Below, one piece after another: positions 31,777 through 42,588 of a stretch of 64,000 nucleotides of DNA (within the stretch, counting starts at the first letter, position 1; each line of letters begins with the position of its first letter). Both the position numbers and the translations under genes were made by a program. This DNA comes from an uncultured virus (IMG/VR IMGVR_UViG_3300042691_022988) (taxonomy: Duplodnaviria; Heunggongvirae; Uroviricota; Caudoviricetes), in the IMG/VR virus record IMGVR_UViG_3300042691_022988. One strand, written 5' to 3'. The notes below the pieces were generated by a model that was not told the origin of the DNA, did not search any database, and saw nothing but the letters and a program-made list of their open reading frames with translations.

Positions 31777-34103
31777 TATGGATAAATCTCAATTTTGATA
31801 TACGCACCGTTTACAACAGCGTTATCTAAAACCCCTGCCGTTGAATATGTATTAACCGTAATAGTAGTATTATTATTCCTTGTTGCGGTAGCGAATCCAG
31901 CTGTTTGTGTTTGGATAAAAATAGCAGTAGCGCCTATAAATACGCCGCTAGAAGCGGTTATAGTATAAGATCCAACTCCAATATAGTTTATACTTATTGT
32001 GGCTGCTGTCGTATTGTACGCTTCGGTTATGTTAACACTTGGCCCTGGTATGGTTCTTATTATTCCAGTGTAACCTATAATAGTAGGCAACTCTATTACG
32101 TTACCAGCAGAATCTACTGATAGATTATAGGTAGGCGGAGTTAAATTAGCAAATGTGCCTTGTCCGTATTCGTTTAATGTGACAAGACTGTTTTGATTTA
32201 GTGTAATTCCAATATTCTCTACACCGTTATCTACAGTACTTATTGTTAATCTCGAATCTTGAGTTGTTGCGTTTGCCCAAGAGCTTTGAATTGTAGATAA
32301 TGGGAAAGCAAGCGCTGAAGTAGCGGGTGCTGCCGTAAAATAAATTCCACTTCCAAGACCATTAGCTCCATTGCCAGCAGTAGTGGTTGTTTCTAAGATT
32401 AAGTTTTGACCAACTCCAGTATTTGCAGACTGCGCCCTAGCGGATGTTAACCCCACGCCATCTCCAGCGCGAACAATCAATGGGTCACTGTCGCTTACAA
32501 CTTCAAAAACATAGTTGTCAACGTTAATGGTTGTATTTGATGTAAGTGTACCACCCAATCCAACATCATTGCCTGATTTCGTAAGACCGTTTATCCCATC
32601 AAACAAAAACAGCGCTTCAACCTGATTTAATTGAGCCTGTACATCATTTCCTGTCAATATTGCTCCAGGTACAGCTGATATTTGGGCTGCTGTAGGTAAA
32701 ATACCAGGTGCATAATACTCTACCCAAACCGCAGCACCTTCTGTGTTGTCTGTACAGCGATAAATAACACCTGTGTTGACATTTTCCCACAATGCTCCAA
32801 CTTCTACTCCTTGAGTTACGTCGTTGGTTATAAGTGGAGAACCAGGTCCAACAGGATCAAGATTGAACAGTCTAAATTGAAACGCTTCAATCAAACTTTC
32901 AATTACTGAAACCCCGGAGTTATTTGACACCCAGTAATAAGTTTCATCATCGCAACAAGCACACTCGCAGCCAGAGGCGTCAAGTTGAGCTTGAATACAA
33001 GCTATTGCAGCCTTATATTTATCAAGTTCACCGCAAGCCTTATAATTCAACGCTTCAATGTAATACATTAAAACATTATCTACGTAAACTTGATATTTAG
33101 ATATTTTATTTCGAGTTAATTCCGCTTGATGAGCAGCACGAAGATTCTCAATGCAAGGCACTAATCCACACAAAGTTCCAGCACAACTTACTTGGAATTC
33201 CTTAATTACAGATCTAGTGTAAAGAAGAATCAGTCCATCTGTTTGGGTTTGCTGTATTTGCTCTGTTAAAGAAACAGTATAGGTCCCTGTAGCAAGAGGT
33301 GTTTCTACGTTAGGCGCACCTGGATATGGAAGTGAAGTAACCACAACATTTCCAGGGAATGTAGGACTAAGTGTTGCCCATGAAGGGTAATTAATGGCAC
33401 AATTTAAACTAGCTACAATTTCATTGGAAGCTAATTGAGTTGCATTTGAAACAGCCCACGAACCATTATCCCCTACTTCGCAATCGTAAACAAAATTTAC
33501 ATCTGCATTTGTTTGTGTGCATCCAGAATAGGTATAAACACCACTTAACTGTAAGTTTGTTAATTCAAACGTTATTACATCACCAACAGCTATTGTATAA
33601 TCGGTTACGGTTATTTCTCCATCCGGACCCACTTGCTCAGTGGATATTACTTGCACTGTTTCTGAGGCAACAAATGGCTCAACAATAGTAATATCATTAC
33701 CCGGTTCCAAAAACAGAGAAACCCACTCATTAGCGGGTACTGTAACTAGATCATTTGGAGTTAACGTAATTGGAATTGCTACAGCAGCCTGTACATTTAC
33801 CCTTAAACTATAACTAAATGTGTAAACACCATTTGCTACATTTCCATTCAGGTCTAATTCAAGAGGGAATGTAAAAACTGGTGTTCCCTGAGTTGCATAA
33901 TCCCAGTTTTGCAAATCAATCATGGGATCTAAAACTGTATCATGCTGCTCAATTACGGTCCCATTAAAAGATATAACACCGTATCCCTGCACCTCATTTA
34001 AAAGTAAATCTAATCCGAGGCCGGCATAATCAGTTGAATCTGTAACAATCCCTATTGGGGGAGACGCACTTAAATCAAACGAAAGGGATACGGTGCTAAT
34101 CAT
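31776..34103 (-). CDS. structural protein with Cys-rich linker and fibre-like C-terminus
   Basis: 775 aa; CECACC; NGLTKSGNDVGLGG module shared with the fibre at 5477-10351. Confidence 0.6.
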   Translation of the reverse strand: MISTVSLSFDLSASPPIGIVTDSTDYAGLGLDLLLNEVQGYGVISFNGTVIEQHDTVLDPMIDLQNWDYATQGTPVFTFPLELDLNGNVANGVYTFSYSLRVNVQAAVAIPITLTPNDLVTVPANEWVSLFLEPGNDITIVEPFVASETVQVISTEQVGPDGEITVTDYTIAVGDVITFELTNLQLSGVYTYSGCTQTNADVNFVYDCEVGDNGSWAVSNATQLASNEIVASLNCAINYPSWATLSPTFPGNVVVTSLPYPGAPNVETPLATGTYTVSLTEQIQQTQTDGLILLYTRSVIKEFQVSCAGTLCGLVPCIENLRAAHQAELTRNKISKYQVYVDNVLMYYIEALNYKACGELDKYKAAIACIQAQLDASGCECACCDDETYYWVSNNSGVSVIESLIEAFQFRLFNLDPVGPGSPLITNDVTQGVEVGALWENVNTGVIYRCTDNTEGAAVWVEYYAPGILPTAAQISAVPGAILTGNDVQAQLNQVEALFLFDGINGLTKSGNDVGLGGTLTSNTTINVDNYVFEVVSDSDPLIVRAGDGVGLTSARAQSANTGVGQNLILETTTTAGNGANGLGSGIYFTAAPATSALAFPLSTIQSSWANATTQDSRLTISTVDNGVENIGITLNQNSLVTLNEYGQGTFANLTPPTYNLSVDSAGNVIELPTIIGYTGIIRTIPGPSVNITEAYNTTAATISINYIGVGSYTITASSGVFIGATAIFIQTQTAGFATATRNNNTTITVNTYSTAGVLDNAVVNGAYIKIEIYP

Positions 34104-34107
34104 CTTT

Positions 34108-35037
34108 TTATAATTTTCTTAATTTACCTAATAATTCTTCATTTACCTTGAGGTGATCAATCAACGCAAATGCAGCTTCGCTACCTTTTTGCGCTGACTC
34201 AAAAAATGGTGTCTTTAGCCATTTTGTTCCATCGCCTCTACGGTCGCGAATATACCACATTCCGTCCTCATTTTTGATATAATTTTCACTCAAAAGTCGG
34301 TTTACTAATTCATGGATAGTTTCGCCATCCGCTGACTTGGTCTGAACCGGCTTTGCTGAGTTAAGGATTTCAAAAGCATTCTTCTTGAAAGTCTCACTGC
34401 CCTTTTTGATTGAATCATGCAATAACACACGATTTTCTTCCTCGGTATGCATTTTGTTCAAGCCAAGCCCCTCAATGGCCTTCAATACAATTTTATAATC
34501 TGTATCAAAGTAGATGAGATCTTCGAGTTCGCGGGCCGCTTTGGCAACGCTAATTTTGTTCTTAGCCTCAATGTGCTTCATCTCGTACTCATACATACGA
34601 CGATTAGTCTTGTTCAGCGTCTTATTGTTGTTTACAATAGGGCATATGTAGTGAATATAGAACAATAAATCTTTTTGCTCCGGCTGAATCCTAAAACCAT
34701 CCCCAATACGCAATCTGGAGTTATTGTAGTTATATGTGCCGTTGATGACGGTTGGAGCTGTTTGAGTGTAAATCAGCGTATAAGTAGCCTCTGTTTCTTT
34801 ATCATAAAAATTTCCGCTTGTCTTTACAGAAGTAGGGCCTGGCGCCTGAACAAACAAACGAGCGTCTGAATCGTGATTGTTGCTAGGAACTTTGTATGTT
34901 TTTAACTTGTACTGATCTCTAATACGCAACACTACTGGTCGCTTATTATTAAAAAAATCAGGAAAATCATTTCTTAATTCCTGTTCTGCCCATTCTGGGA
35001 TATCTACAGGTGAGTTGTTGCTTAGATCAAATAACAT
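34108..35037 (-). CDS. hypothetical protein following the major capsid gene
   Basis: 309-aa ORF; position. Confidence 0.65.
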   Translation of the reverse strand: MLFDLSNNSPVDIPEWAEQELRNDFPDFFNNKRPVVLRIRDQYKLKTYKVPSNNHDSDARLFVQAPGPTSVKTSGNFYDKETEATYTLIYTQTAPTVINGTYNYNNSRLRIGDGFRIQPEQKDLLFYIHYICPIVNNNKTLNKTNRRMYEYEMKHIEAKNKISVAKAARELEDLIYFDTDYKIVLKAIEGLGLNKMHTEEENRVLLHDSIKKGSETFKKNAFEILNSAKPVQTKSADGETIHELVNRLLSENYIKNEDGMWYIRDRRGDGTKWLKTPFFESAQKGSEAAFALIDHLKVNEELLGKLRKL

Positions 35038-35060
35038 ATCGTTTTATTTTTTGTTTGTAT

Positions 35061-35093
35061 AAAAACCGGGAGAAGTCTCCCCCTCCCGGTTTT
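35061..35093 (-). terminator. intrinsic terminator after the capsid gene
   Basis: AAAACCGGGAG...CTCCCGGTTTT stem. Confidence 0.75.
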
Positions 35094-35106
35094 GAATTTA
35101 CTAAGA

Positions 35107-36561
35107 TTAGGCTGTGAACAAACCGTATTTGTTAGCGTTGATGAACTTGAACGCAACTTCAGATACGATGTGAACACCGAGCTGCCATACGTCAGTCTTG
35201 TTAGCTGCCGCACGACCACCTGTTTGCCACATATTCATGAAAGCACCTGGCTTATGGCACAGACGGATATACTTACCCATGTTACCCAAACCGTCATCAA
35301 CACCTCCATTAGTACTCAATGGAATGAAGAACGCATACTGCTTCCAAGCGTTGTCTGTAGAATCAACACCAACACCCAACATGGTTGGATTGTCGAAGAT
35401 TCCCATACGAACAAATCCGAAGTTCTTATTGTTGAACACGAGGTTGTTGAATGAGAAAGTACGGCTCATCAAATCAGCGTAAGCGCCTTCGCCCCAGAAG
35501 GTTTTCTCCATCTGAATCTTGTTAACGCTCACGTTGTAGTTCAATGCAGAAGCACCAGGACCAGCTGCTTGGAAAAGAGCTTGCTCTAAGAGTGATTGCA
35601 TATAACCGCTAGTCCAAACCATGTAGTTCTTTACAGAACCATCTTGAGAGGTCAAAGCAGCTTCCATGTCATAAAAATCACCAATTGCCACAGCACCCGC
35701 ACCTGTAGGAATAACAGTGCTGATACCACCGCCGTTCGCACCAGAACCGTTGTTCAAGATAGCATCAAGCAAACCTTGTGTGGTTTGGAATGAGCTGCTT
35801 GTTGTAGTAACTGGGTTGATCAAGTTAGCTCCGTTGGTGGTTGGAGTAGAGGTAAAGAATGAGTTTACCATAGCAACTTGGTGTTCACGCTGCAAGTAGA
35901 TGATGTCGCGTGAGTTAGAGTATGGAGTCTGAACTCCGTTCTCCAACTGTGAGTACCAAAGTTGGTTGTAAAGAGCTTCTGAGCTAGAAGTAGTGTCATT
36001 ACGGAAAGTCTGCAAGAATGAAGTCTTAACCTCATCAAATGCGTACTTAGAAGCGTAAGCACCACCATTTTCAGGGGCTGAGTTACCTACGTAGAACATA
36101 AAACCGCCAACAGTAATAGTTCCACCAGTTACCAAAGGAACAAAAGTGAAAGTATCTGCTGCTGTTTTTTCAACGATCTGGAAAATATCACCGGTAACGG
36201 CATCTTTCCAAAGATCGCCAACATTAGGCCATGAGTAGTCAACACCACCCACTGTAGTTACTCCAGAAGCGTCAATGGTTACGGCCCATCCAGCATCGTT
36301 ACCAGCAGCTGCATCAGCAATAATAGGAGCCTCCATACGTGTCAATTCGAACCAACGAACACGAGGATTCTTTGCAATTTCACGGTTACCTACCGCGTTC
36401 ATGATTTGGTTCATCGCATCCCAATATTCGTCGCCGAATGGGAGGTATGCTACCGCATCAAAATCTTCCATCAGCGCATCCCAGTTGTTCTGGATCGCGC
36501 CTACCGTCATTGCACCCGTACTAATAGGAGGTGCAATTGTGGGACTCTGTACAAATGCCAT
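35107..36561 (-). CDS. major capsid protein (crAss-like)
   Basis: 484 aa; third gene after TerL; LQTFRND and TTQGLLDAI motifs; own terminator. Confidence 0.85.
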   Translation of the reverse strand: MAFVQSPTIAPPISTGAMTVGAIQNNWDALMEDFDAVAYLPFGDEYWDAMNQIMNAVGNREIAKNPRVRWFELTRMEAPIIADAAAGNDAGWAVTIDASGVTTVGGVDYSWPNVGDLWKDAVTGDIFQIVEKTAADTFTFVPLVTGGTITVGGFMFYVGNSAPENGGAYASKYAFDEVKTSFLQTFRNDTTSSSEALYNQLWYSQLENGVQTPYSNSRDIIYLQREHQVAMVNSFFTSTPTTNGANLINPVTTTSSSFQTTQGLLDAILNNGSGANGGGISTVIPTGAGAVAIGDFYDMEAALTSQDGSVKNYMVWTSGYMQSLLEQALFQAAGPGASALNYNVSVNKIQMEKTFWGEGAYADLMSRTFSFNNLVFNNKNFGFVRMGIFDNPTMLGVGVDSTDNAWKQYAFFIPLSTNGGVDDGLGNMGKYIRLCHKPGAFMNMWQTGGRAAANKTDVWQLGVHIVSEVAFKFINANKYGLFTA

Positions 36562-36586
36562 TTTATTAAATTTTTTTAATAGTTAA

Positions 36587-37660
36587 TTATGATTTTAGCG
36601 ACTGCGATGGCAAAGGAATTCCGCGCTCCATGAGATCTCTTTGAGCAGCAGTCAAACCTTTTTGATCGACAGCCGTTTTGCCTACACGGTTCGGCGTTTT
36701 AGGCTGACCGTTGTAAACTTCGCGCACTACCTTTTTTTCGGTTTGAGCCATAAGTGATTTGGCTATTTGAACACCTATATCCCCAGACTGAACCTTATGA
36801 ATGAGGATTTGGTTCGACAACCATTCACGTACCGCTTGTTTACCTTCCTTTGTGGTAGTATCAAAGGCTTGACCTAAATAGCTTGCATACTGCGACTTCA
36901 AAATCGAATCGATCTCTTCGTTTGAAACTTTTAACGAAACTTCCGAATCGCCGAATTTGTAGGGGACCTCTTTTAGCTGCTTGGCGTAGGACTCTGCCTC
37001 GGCAAGTGCTATGGTTTGTCTTTCCGCAATCTGTTTTTGATTTTGGCTCTTTAGCTCTTTTGCAAAGGTAAAAGGATTTTTAACAGTTTCAACATCTTTC
37101 TTAGTCTTTTCAATCATTTCAATTGCATCGATTGCATCAGACTTTAAAAGAGCTGTAGCGTAATATTCGCCTTCACCTAAGTTATATTTTTCACGAATAG
37201 CTTCCTCAATAGTTGATTGGCCAAGACGTTTGAATTTGTCTGGGTTCTTCACCGCTTCAGCAAGCACAAGAGCCTTGAGCGGATCTTCCATTAAAGTGTC
37301 TGGTGTAGAAGACACAATTTGGTTAGCAATAGTAGAACTGATACCTTTCTTACCAAATGCAACTATTGTGCGAGCTTCTTCAATTCCACCAAATGGATCA
37401 TCAGCCTCTTGAAGTAGGGCAATACCCTCTTCAATATCCTTTTGTTTTTCTGCAAGCTCTTCCGCTAGACTTTTATAGGAACGAAGTTGTTCAAACTCGC
37501 TCTTAAATGAATCCTCGCTGTCATACCCGTAAGCAGAAAACCAAGGAGAATCTACCGGATTAACCTCTTCGCTTACTTGTTCGTTTACTTGTTCGGTTAC
37601 TTGATCATTTACTTGCTCGTTCACCTGTTCGTTTTGATTTTCTAATTCGTTCGTTTCCAT
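36587..37660 (-). CDS. acidic scaffold-like protein
   Basis: between portal and capsid; acidic N-terminal EQVN repeats. Confidence 0.65.
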   Translation of the reverse strand: METNELENQNEQVNEQVNDQVTEQVNEQVSEEVNPVDSPWFSAYGYDSEDSFKSEFEQLRSYKSLAEELAEKQKDIEEGIALLQEADDPFGGIEEARTIVAFGKKGISSTIANQIVSSTPDTLMEDPLKALVLAEAVKNPDKFKRLGQSTIEEAIREKYNLGEGEYYATALLKSDAIDAIEMIEKTKKDVETVKNPFTFAKELKSQNQKQIAERQTIALAEAESYAKQLKEVPYKFGDSEVSLKVSNEEIDSILKSQYASYLGQAFDTTTKEGKQAVREWLSNQILIHKVQSGDIGVQIAKSLMAQTEKKVVREVYNGQPKTPNRVGKTAVDQKGLTAAQRDLMERGIPLPSQSLKS

Positions 37661-37665
37661 ATGTT

Positions 37666-40062
37666 TTATACTCTACCTGTGATTTCACTTCCTAATTGAG
37701 CCTCTAACGTAGCCTCAAGTTGTATTTCCTGAAGAGCCTGTTGACCCTTGAGTAATTGAACTTGATAATTAGAGTCTGCCTTAATTTTTGCAAGTTGCTG
37801 CTCTTTCATCAATTCCATATTAGCCATCTCGCGCTGCTTCATGATTTCAATTTGAGCAAGCTGCATTGCGGTCTGACGCTTTGCTTCTTCGGTCATTATA
37901 GCAGATTGCTGTTGACCTTGTATTGTTTGCTGAAGCATCATTTGAGCGTGTTCTTCTTCTCGTTGACGCGCCTCTGTTTCTTCTGTAGCCATAAACCAAA
38001 GAGCCTCGTCTATATCACCGTTCTTCAGCATTTGAGCTACGCGCTCTACACTAGATGGACTAAGAAGAACCGCCCCATCCTTTGTTGGCATTTGAGACAT
38101 TTGCATAGCGCGTTGTAAAATAGCACTTTTTTCTTTTTCGTTTGGAAGAACTTTGCAGGAAATTGCAAGTTGATCCAATGACAATCCCTCAATATCATCA
38201 AGTGCGCTTACCATGTTTTGTCCTATAATACTTTCATAGAACTCACGAATTTTAGGGTCGAATTCAATGTCAATTCGCGCTTGATGAATAATTCTCTCAC
38301 CGAGTTTCTGTTTAAATTGACGCTCAGACTCGCGAAGTGGCCAATTAGCGTGGTTTCCAGCAACATAATCCGCCTCCATTACTCCCACCAATCGTTCTGC
38401 TGACTGGTCTGGGCTTGCCGCCATTGCATCTGGAATACCCATGAGATCCTTGATCATCATTTGAAGGTTAGCAATTTGAGCAAGCCATTCTTGTCCTTGA
38501 GGACCTAGACCATTATCCATTTCTGTCAAGGGCTGAGAAATATACTTGCCTGTTGCTGCATTAAACTTAGTTGCAACAATCTGAATACCGTTTTGACGGT
38601 GGATGTGCATGAGGTCGAACAAGTCGTACTCTACACCTCCAATTTTGATATTAGCGGCTTCACCAACATCAATTCTATATCCCTTTGGAGCAGCAGCCCA
38701 AACAGCTGCGCGTAACTTCAATACAGCAAACATCAAATCGTCAAGTAAGCCCTTTACGCTGCGAGTAGGAGACTGACCGTTAATGCGATGAATAACATAA
38801 GAACTCATTGGGGTCAACCCCTTCTGCATTTGATTTGGCTTTTTCTTCCATTCGTAAATGCGGTCTTGACCGGTTCCAGAAATAATGTACGAACCCTCAT
38901 ACCAGTAGTTGCAAGCAACCTCATCATATGTATCGTTAGGATTCTTTTTCTTTTCGTCAACAGGCTTGTTATTACGGATATAGCTTCCGTAACCTTCTTT
39001 ATTTACTCGCTCTACATATTGCTTATAATCTGTAGAGAGATATTCAAACTTCAATACATAAACTTTGAAATCCATCCAAACCCAACGATTTGTAGTTGAA
39101 TCCTTGCGTTCAAATGCCCATTGCGGTATAGTTGATACGTTTGTTTGATACGGAACGTATGACTTAGCCATTGCTTGTATTTGAGCCTCATTAAATCCAG
39201 CGTCTATCAGTTTATCAAAAATAGACTGAATAGTTTCAGCTTCAATATGACCAATCGCTACCGGCTCCTCTTGGTTATCTTCATTCCATAGCATAACCAT
39301 ACGAGCTGGATCCACATAATTAAATTTTACTTGACCTGTAATTGGATCATTGTAAATCTTAGCCGCACGGAAATGGAAATCAATCGCGTCACGATTAAAA
39401 TCCATACGCTGACTAGCCCAATTAGATGCGCGAAAACCGGATTCAGCTAGTTTTTCTAGGGCTACCTCATATTTTGTTTTAAAAAATCCAAGACGGTCAG
39501 CCATCTCTAACATTGCATCGTCTTTAGGGACAAAAGGAACATTAAGCTCTGGAAGACCAAGCTCTCGCATCAACGGGTTTACAAAAACCGTTTTAACATA
39601 AATATCATTTTTCTCATCCTGTTTTTTATTGATGATATTTTTATCAAGAGAAATACAGTCGAGTTTATAATCGTTATCAGCAAGAATTGATAGAAGAACA
39701 TTCGATAATTTTCGCATAGGAGAGAAAATGTCATAGCTAATATTAGCCATTGCCTTTCTCTGAGCCTTACTCATCCCCTTTGTGCTTGCCGCCGCCTCGC
39801 CTTGACTTATGCCTTTAGTGCCTATTGGAGATCCGTTAGTAAACCAATTTTTATACTTATCTTGAGATTGATTTCCTGCGCCATAATTTCTAGTTTCCTG
39901 CATTTCAGGAACTTGGCTATAAGTGAAATATGTACCACCCGCGCAAAAACGAGAATATAAAGCCCGCGCACAACGCAAGCCAAATTCTGGCTTTAGCTTA
40001 TCAATCTCAGGTATGTTGTCATTTGGAAACAACACACTACCAACTATTTGTGGTAATATCAT
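37666..40062 (-). CDS. portal protein (crAss-like)
   Basis: 798 aa after TerL; YVDPARM, DLMGIPDAM..SP...ERLVGV; Q-rich C-terminal coil. Confidence 0.85.
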   Translation of the reverse strand: MILPQIVGSVLFPNDNIPEIDKLKPEFGLRCARALYSRFCAGGTYFTYSQVPEMQETRNYGAGNQSQDKYKNWFTNGSPIGTKGISQGEAAASTKGMSKAQRKAMANISYDIFSPMRKLSNVLLSILADNDYKLDCISLDKNIINKKQDEKNDIYVKTVFVNPLMRELGLPELNVPFVPKDDAMLEMADRLGFFKTKYEVALEKLAESGFRASNWASQRMDFNRDAIDFHFRAAKIYNDPITGQVKFNYVDPARMVMLWNEDNQEEPVAIGHIEAETIQSIFDKLIDAGFNEAQIQAMAKSYVPYQTNVSTIPQWAFERKDSTTNRWVWMDFKVYVLKFEYLSTDYKQYVERVNKEGYGSYIRNNKPVDEKKKNPNDTYDEVACNYWYEGSYIISGTGQDRIYEWKKKPNQMQKGLTPMSSYVIHRINGQSPTRSVKGLLDDLMFAVLKLRAAVWAAAPKGYRIDVGEAANIKIGGVEYDLFDLMHIHRQNGIQIVATKFNAATGKYISQPLTEMDNGLGPQGQEWLAQIANLQMMIKDLMGIPDAMAASPDQSAERLVGVMEADYVAGNHANWPLRESERQFKQKLGERIIHQARIDIEFDPKIREFYESIIGQNMVSALDDIEGLSLDQLAISCKVLPNEKEKSAILQRAMQMSQMPTKDGAVLLSPSSVERVAQMLKNGDIDEALWFMATEETEARQREEEHAQMMLQQTIQGQQQSAIMTEEAKRQTAMQLAQIEIMKQREMANMELMKEQQLAKIKADSNYQVQLLKGQQALQEIQLEATLEAQLGSEITGRV

Positions 40063-40068
40063 ATCTTA

Positions 40069-40076
40069 CAAATTTA
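40069..40076 (-). promoter_or_regulatory. -7 promoter element TAAATTTG upstream of portal
   Basis: consensus match 6 nt upstream of ATG; a second element TACATTTG at ~40088-40095. Confidence 0.6.
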
Positions 40077-40125
40077 GTTTACCAGCACAAATGTAATGAA
40101 ATTTTTATTAAATAGTTGAAAACAA

Positions 40126-42588
40126 TCATTCTACATCAAACATTGCAAAACCACCCTTTATCTCTATAGGTTGATACACCTCTTTGTAAAGATCTGGCAT
40201 TCTGCTTTTTATAGCTCTCATACACCACCCTGTTGCAGCACACAAGTCGTGGTTTGTCAAATCATCAAGACCTCTCATCTGACTCCACTCCTCAATTATC
40301 TCCCACATTTTCACATATTTGACATTATTGTTAAAGAACGTCATTATGTCTCCAGCCATTTCGTTCTTCTCAGCTTCACCTGCCCAAACTCCTGGTCTTG
40401 AATCCTGTTTACCATCAGACCCCAAATCTTTCAAAAGGTAGCCATCAAATCCGTTGTCTCTGAAGTATTCTACAAGAGCTTCTCCATCGGGCCACTCAGG
40501 GTAGACGTATGCACCAAGGAATACAGCGGCCTTTAACCACTCTTCGTGATATTCAGCTTTGTCTTCTGTTTGTCTGTTGTAAATCAAAATCCAATCATTG
40601 CTAACCCATTCGCTTCTTGATTTGCTATCTGGGTCCACCTGGCTATCTCGCTTGTAAAATACAGCGGCGGCGGCGTTTGATTTTTTCTTGCCTACAGTAT
40701 TTCTTTTATGGAATTTTACCGGGTCACAACAAAGAAAAAATTTATTCATCACCGATGGATCGGGAGCGTATATTGGACCTCTCTCTTTAGGAGGAATATA
40801 ACCCTCTTCTGCTGTTACAATAGTTTTTCTGTTACGCATTTCGTGCGGGGGGAGGTAACTCATAGTCCAGCTTCCCTTCGGGTCGTTCTCTACATACACG
40901 TCTCCACCAAATCTATCTCCAACCCACTTAAAATTAATCTTTGTTGTAATTGGAGTTCGCGAAAACTTTAGTTCAGATATACGATCACGCATCTTTTCGA
41001 TGGGCATACCCATATCCTTTGGTATTACAGCAAATGCTTGTTTCCATGTCATCGGGAAGTTTTGCTGCAACTTAATTAGCTTCTGCCATTCGCGCTTGCG
41101 CTCGAAATAATCTGCTTGATTTAACAAGTAAGACTTAGCTCCCTTGGTAATCCACTTACCCTCATTAGACATAACGGGTTCCTTGGGGTCGTCAATAATA
41201 CTTGCTCCATACTCGTCAATGTATCCCTCTACCGCGTAATAACCGGGCAGGAAGAAGTTGATAAGTCCAGATGGTGTAGTTCCATTCTCGTTACGATCAG
41301 AGAAATGCGAGTCGTTAGCAATGTCAAAGAACTGCGCTCCACCACCGGTGTCCATGTCGCCCACAGTGGAAGGCATGATGCAGAATCCTCGAATATTTTC
41401 GCCTCGCTCGATCGCTGGCTTCATCGTGTTATACCACCACGTCGGGATGTTTTGGTCCGCCGCCTTCGCGTCCGTTTTTTTCGCTGGCTCGTCACGGTAG
41501 ACAAAAGCGATTTCCGCTTCACCATCCGCCGCTTTCTCCGTCGAAGGCAACGGCGTGATGAAGCATTCCATTTGTTCGGGAATGATTCCCGCTCTTGCTG
41601 CTGATGCGATTGCTCCTTCATACTGAAAACGCAAACCTTCCTTTGCCTCTATCCTACCCCGATAATGAGGTCGAAAGAAGAAAGGAAGTTTGCTTACAGG
41701 TGTTTGAATTTGTTTTATAAATATCTTATTAACTGCCTGGTCTTCATTCATCGCCTGGATGATAAAGGTCTGGTCGGGCATATTGAGTGTCCCCCACGTA
41801 CAGAAGCAACAAGCGATTGCAGTCTTTGCAATACGTCTTCCAGAAACAAAATTAATCCCATGCACTGTTCGCTTCCCTTTACCAACAGTTACGTTCACGT
41901 TCGGTTCCATGAAATACTCAACCCCCATCTCATTCATATCCTCTACCACATTCTTCACGTCCTGGTTAGAATATTTTGTTTTTACAACGCCATCTTCCCT
42001 ATACAAAACCTTATGCTTGTAAAACGCATCTTCTGTTGTGTAAGCATACATGAACAAGTGAAACATCTTACGTTGATAATCTCGGTAGTCTGGGCGATTA
42101 TTATTCTTGCCAAAGTTTTTTACTGTCCAAAAGTTCAAGAAGAAGTAGTTCGCGCCATTGATATATGTCGGCTTCCCCTTAATAAAGCACCAGTAACCTA
42201 CATACCTGCGCTTGATCTGGAGCTTGATCCATTCAATCTCCATTGCATAGTACTTCTGATTGGATTCAATCTCTTCATAAATATCTTCAAGGCGAACGTC
42301 ACCTACCTCTTTGTACTTTGACTTGTTGGTTGCGTGTTTCTTATTAAAAACGACCTCATAAATCAACTTTATTTTTTCCGGAGTTTCCTGATAAGTAAAC
42401 TTTTGGTCCTTTGGAGCAAGCCCATACCCATCAACATAAGTTAATGCCTCTTCACGTGTAACCTCTCGCTTTAAATGATGCGAATACCATTTTTCAAGAC
42501 GAGGAAGAGGAATGCGAATTGTATCTAATTCATCATCGTCTTCGTGGAACGAGACAAACTCATCTTCCTCTAAGTAATCGTACTTCAT
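40126..42588 (-). CDS. terL: terminase large subunit
   Basis: PTYINGANYFFLN, PDYRD, Walker A-like SGRRIAKT, Walker B VYRDE, PST, LCCDP nuclease motif, HDLC. Confidence 0.9.
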   Translation of the reverse strand: MKYDYLEEDEFVSFHEDDDELDTIRIPLPRLEKWYSHHLKREVTREEALTYVDGYGLAPKDQKFTYQETPEKIKLIYEVVFNKKHATNKSKYKEVGDVRLEDIYEEIESNQKYYAMEIEWIKLQIKRRYVGYWCFIKGKPTYINGANYFFLNFWTVKNFGKNNNRPDYRDYQRKMFHLFMYAYTTEDAFYKHKVLYREDGVVKTKYSNQDVKNVVEDMNEMGVEYFMEPNVNVTVGKGKRTVHGINFVSGRRIAKTAIACCFCTWGTLNMPDQTFIIQAMNEDQAVNKIFIKQIQTPVSKLPFFFRPHYRGRIEAKEGLRFQYEGAIASAARAGIIPEQMECFITPLPSTEKAADGEAEIAFVYRDEPAKKTDAKAADQNIPTWWYNTMKPAIERGENIRGFCIMPSTVGDMDTGGGAQFFDIANDSHFSDRNENGTTPSGLINFFLPGYYAVEGYIDEYGASIIDDPKEPVMSNEGKWITKGAKSYLLNQADYFERKREWQKLIKLQQNFPMTWKQAFAVIPKDMGMPIEKMRDRISELKFSRTPITTKINFKWVGDRFGGDVYVENDPKGSWTMSYLPPHEMRNRKTIVTAEEGYIPPKERGPIYAPDPSVMNKFFLCCDPVKFHKRNTVGKKKSNAAAAVFYKRDSQVDPDSKSRSEWVSNDWILIYNRQTEDKAEYHEEWLKAAVFLGAYVYPEWPDGEALVEYFRDNGFDGYLLKDLGSDGKQDSRPGVWAGEAEKNEMAGDIMTFFNNNVKYVKMWEIIEEWSQMRGLDDLTNHDLCAATGWCMRAIKSRMPDLYKEVYQPIEIKGGFAMFDVE

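Noticed and set aside
37570..37632. 12-bp tandem repeat
   Set aside because: Explained by EQVN-type repeats in the scaffold-like protein.
41258..42321. Antisense ORFs and a GC-rich patch in terL as an intron or intein
   Set aside because: The terL frame is continuous, with no intein end motifs; the ORFs are shadows of the coding strand.
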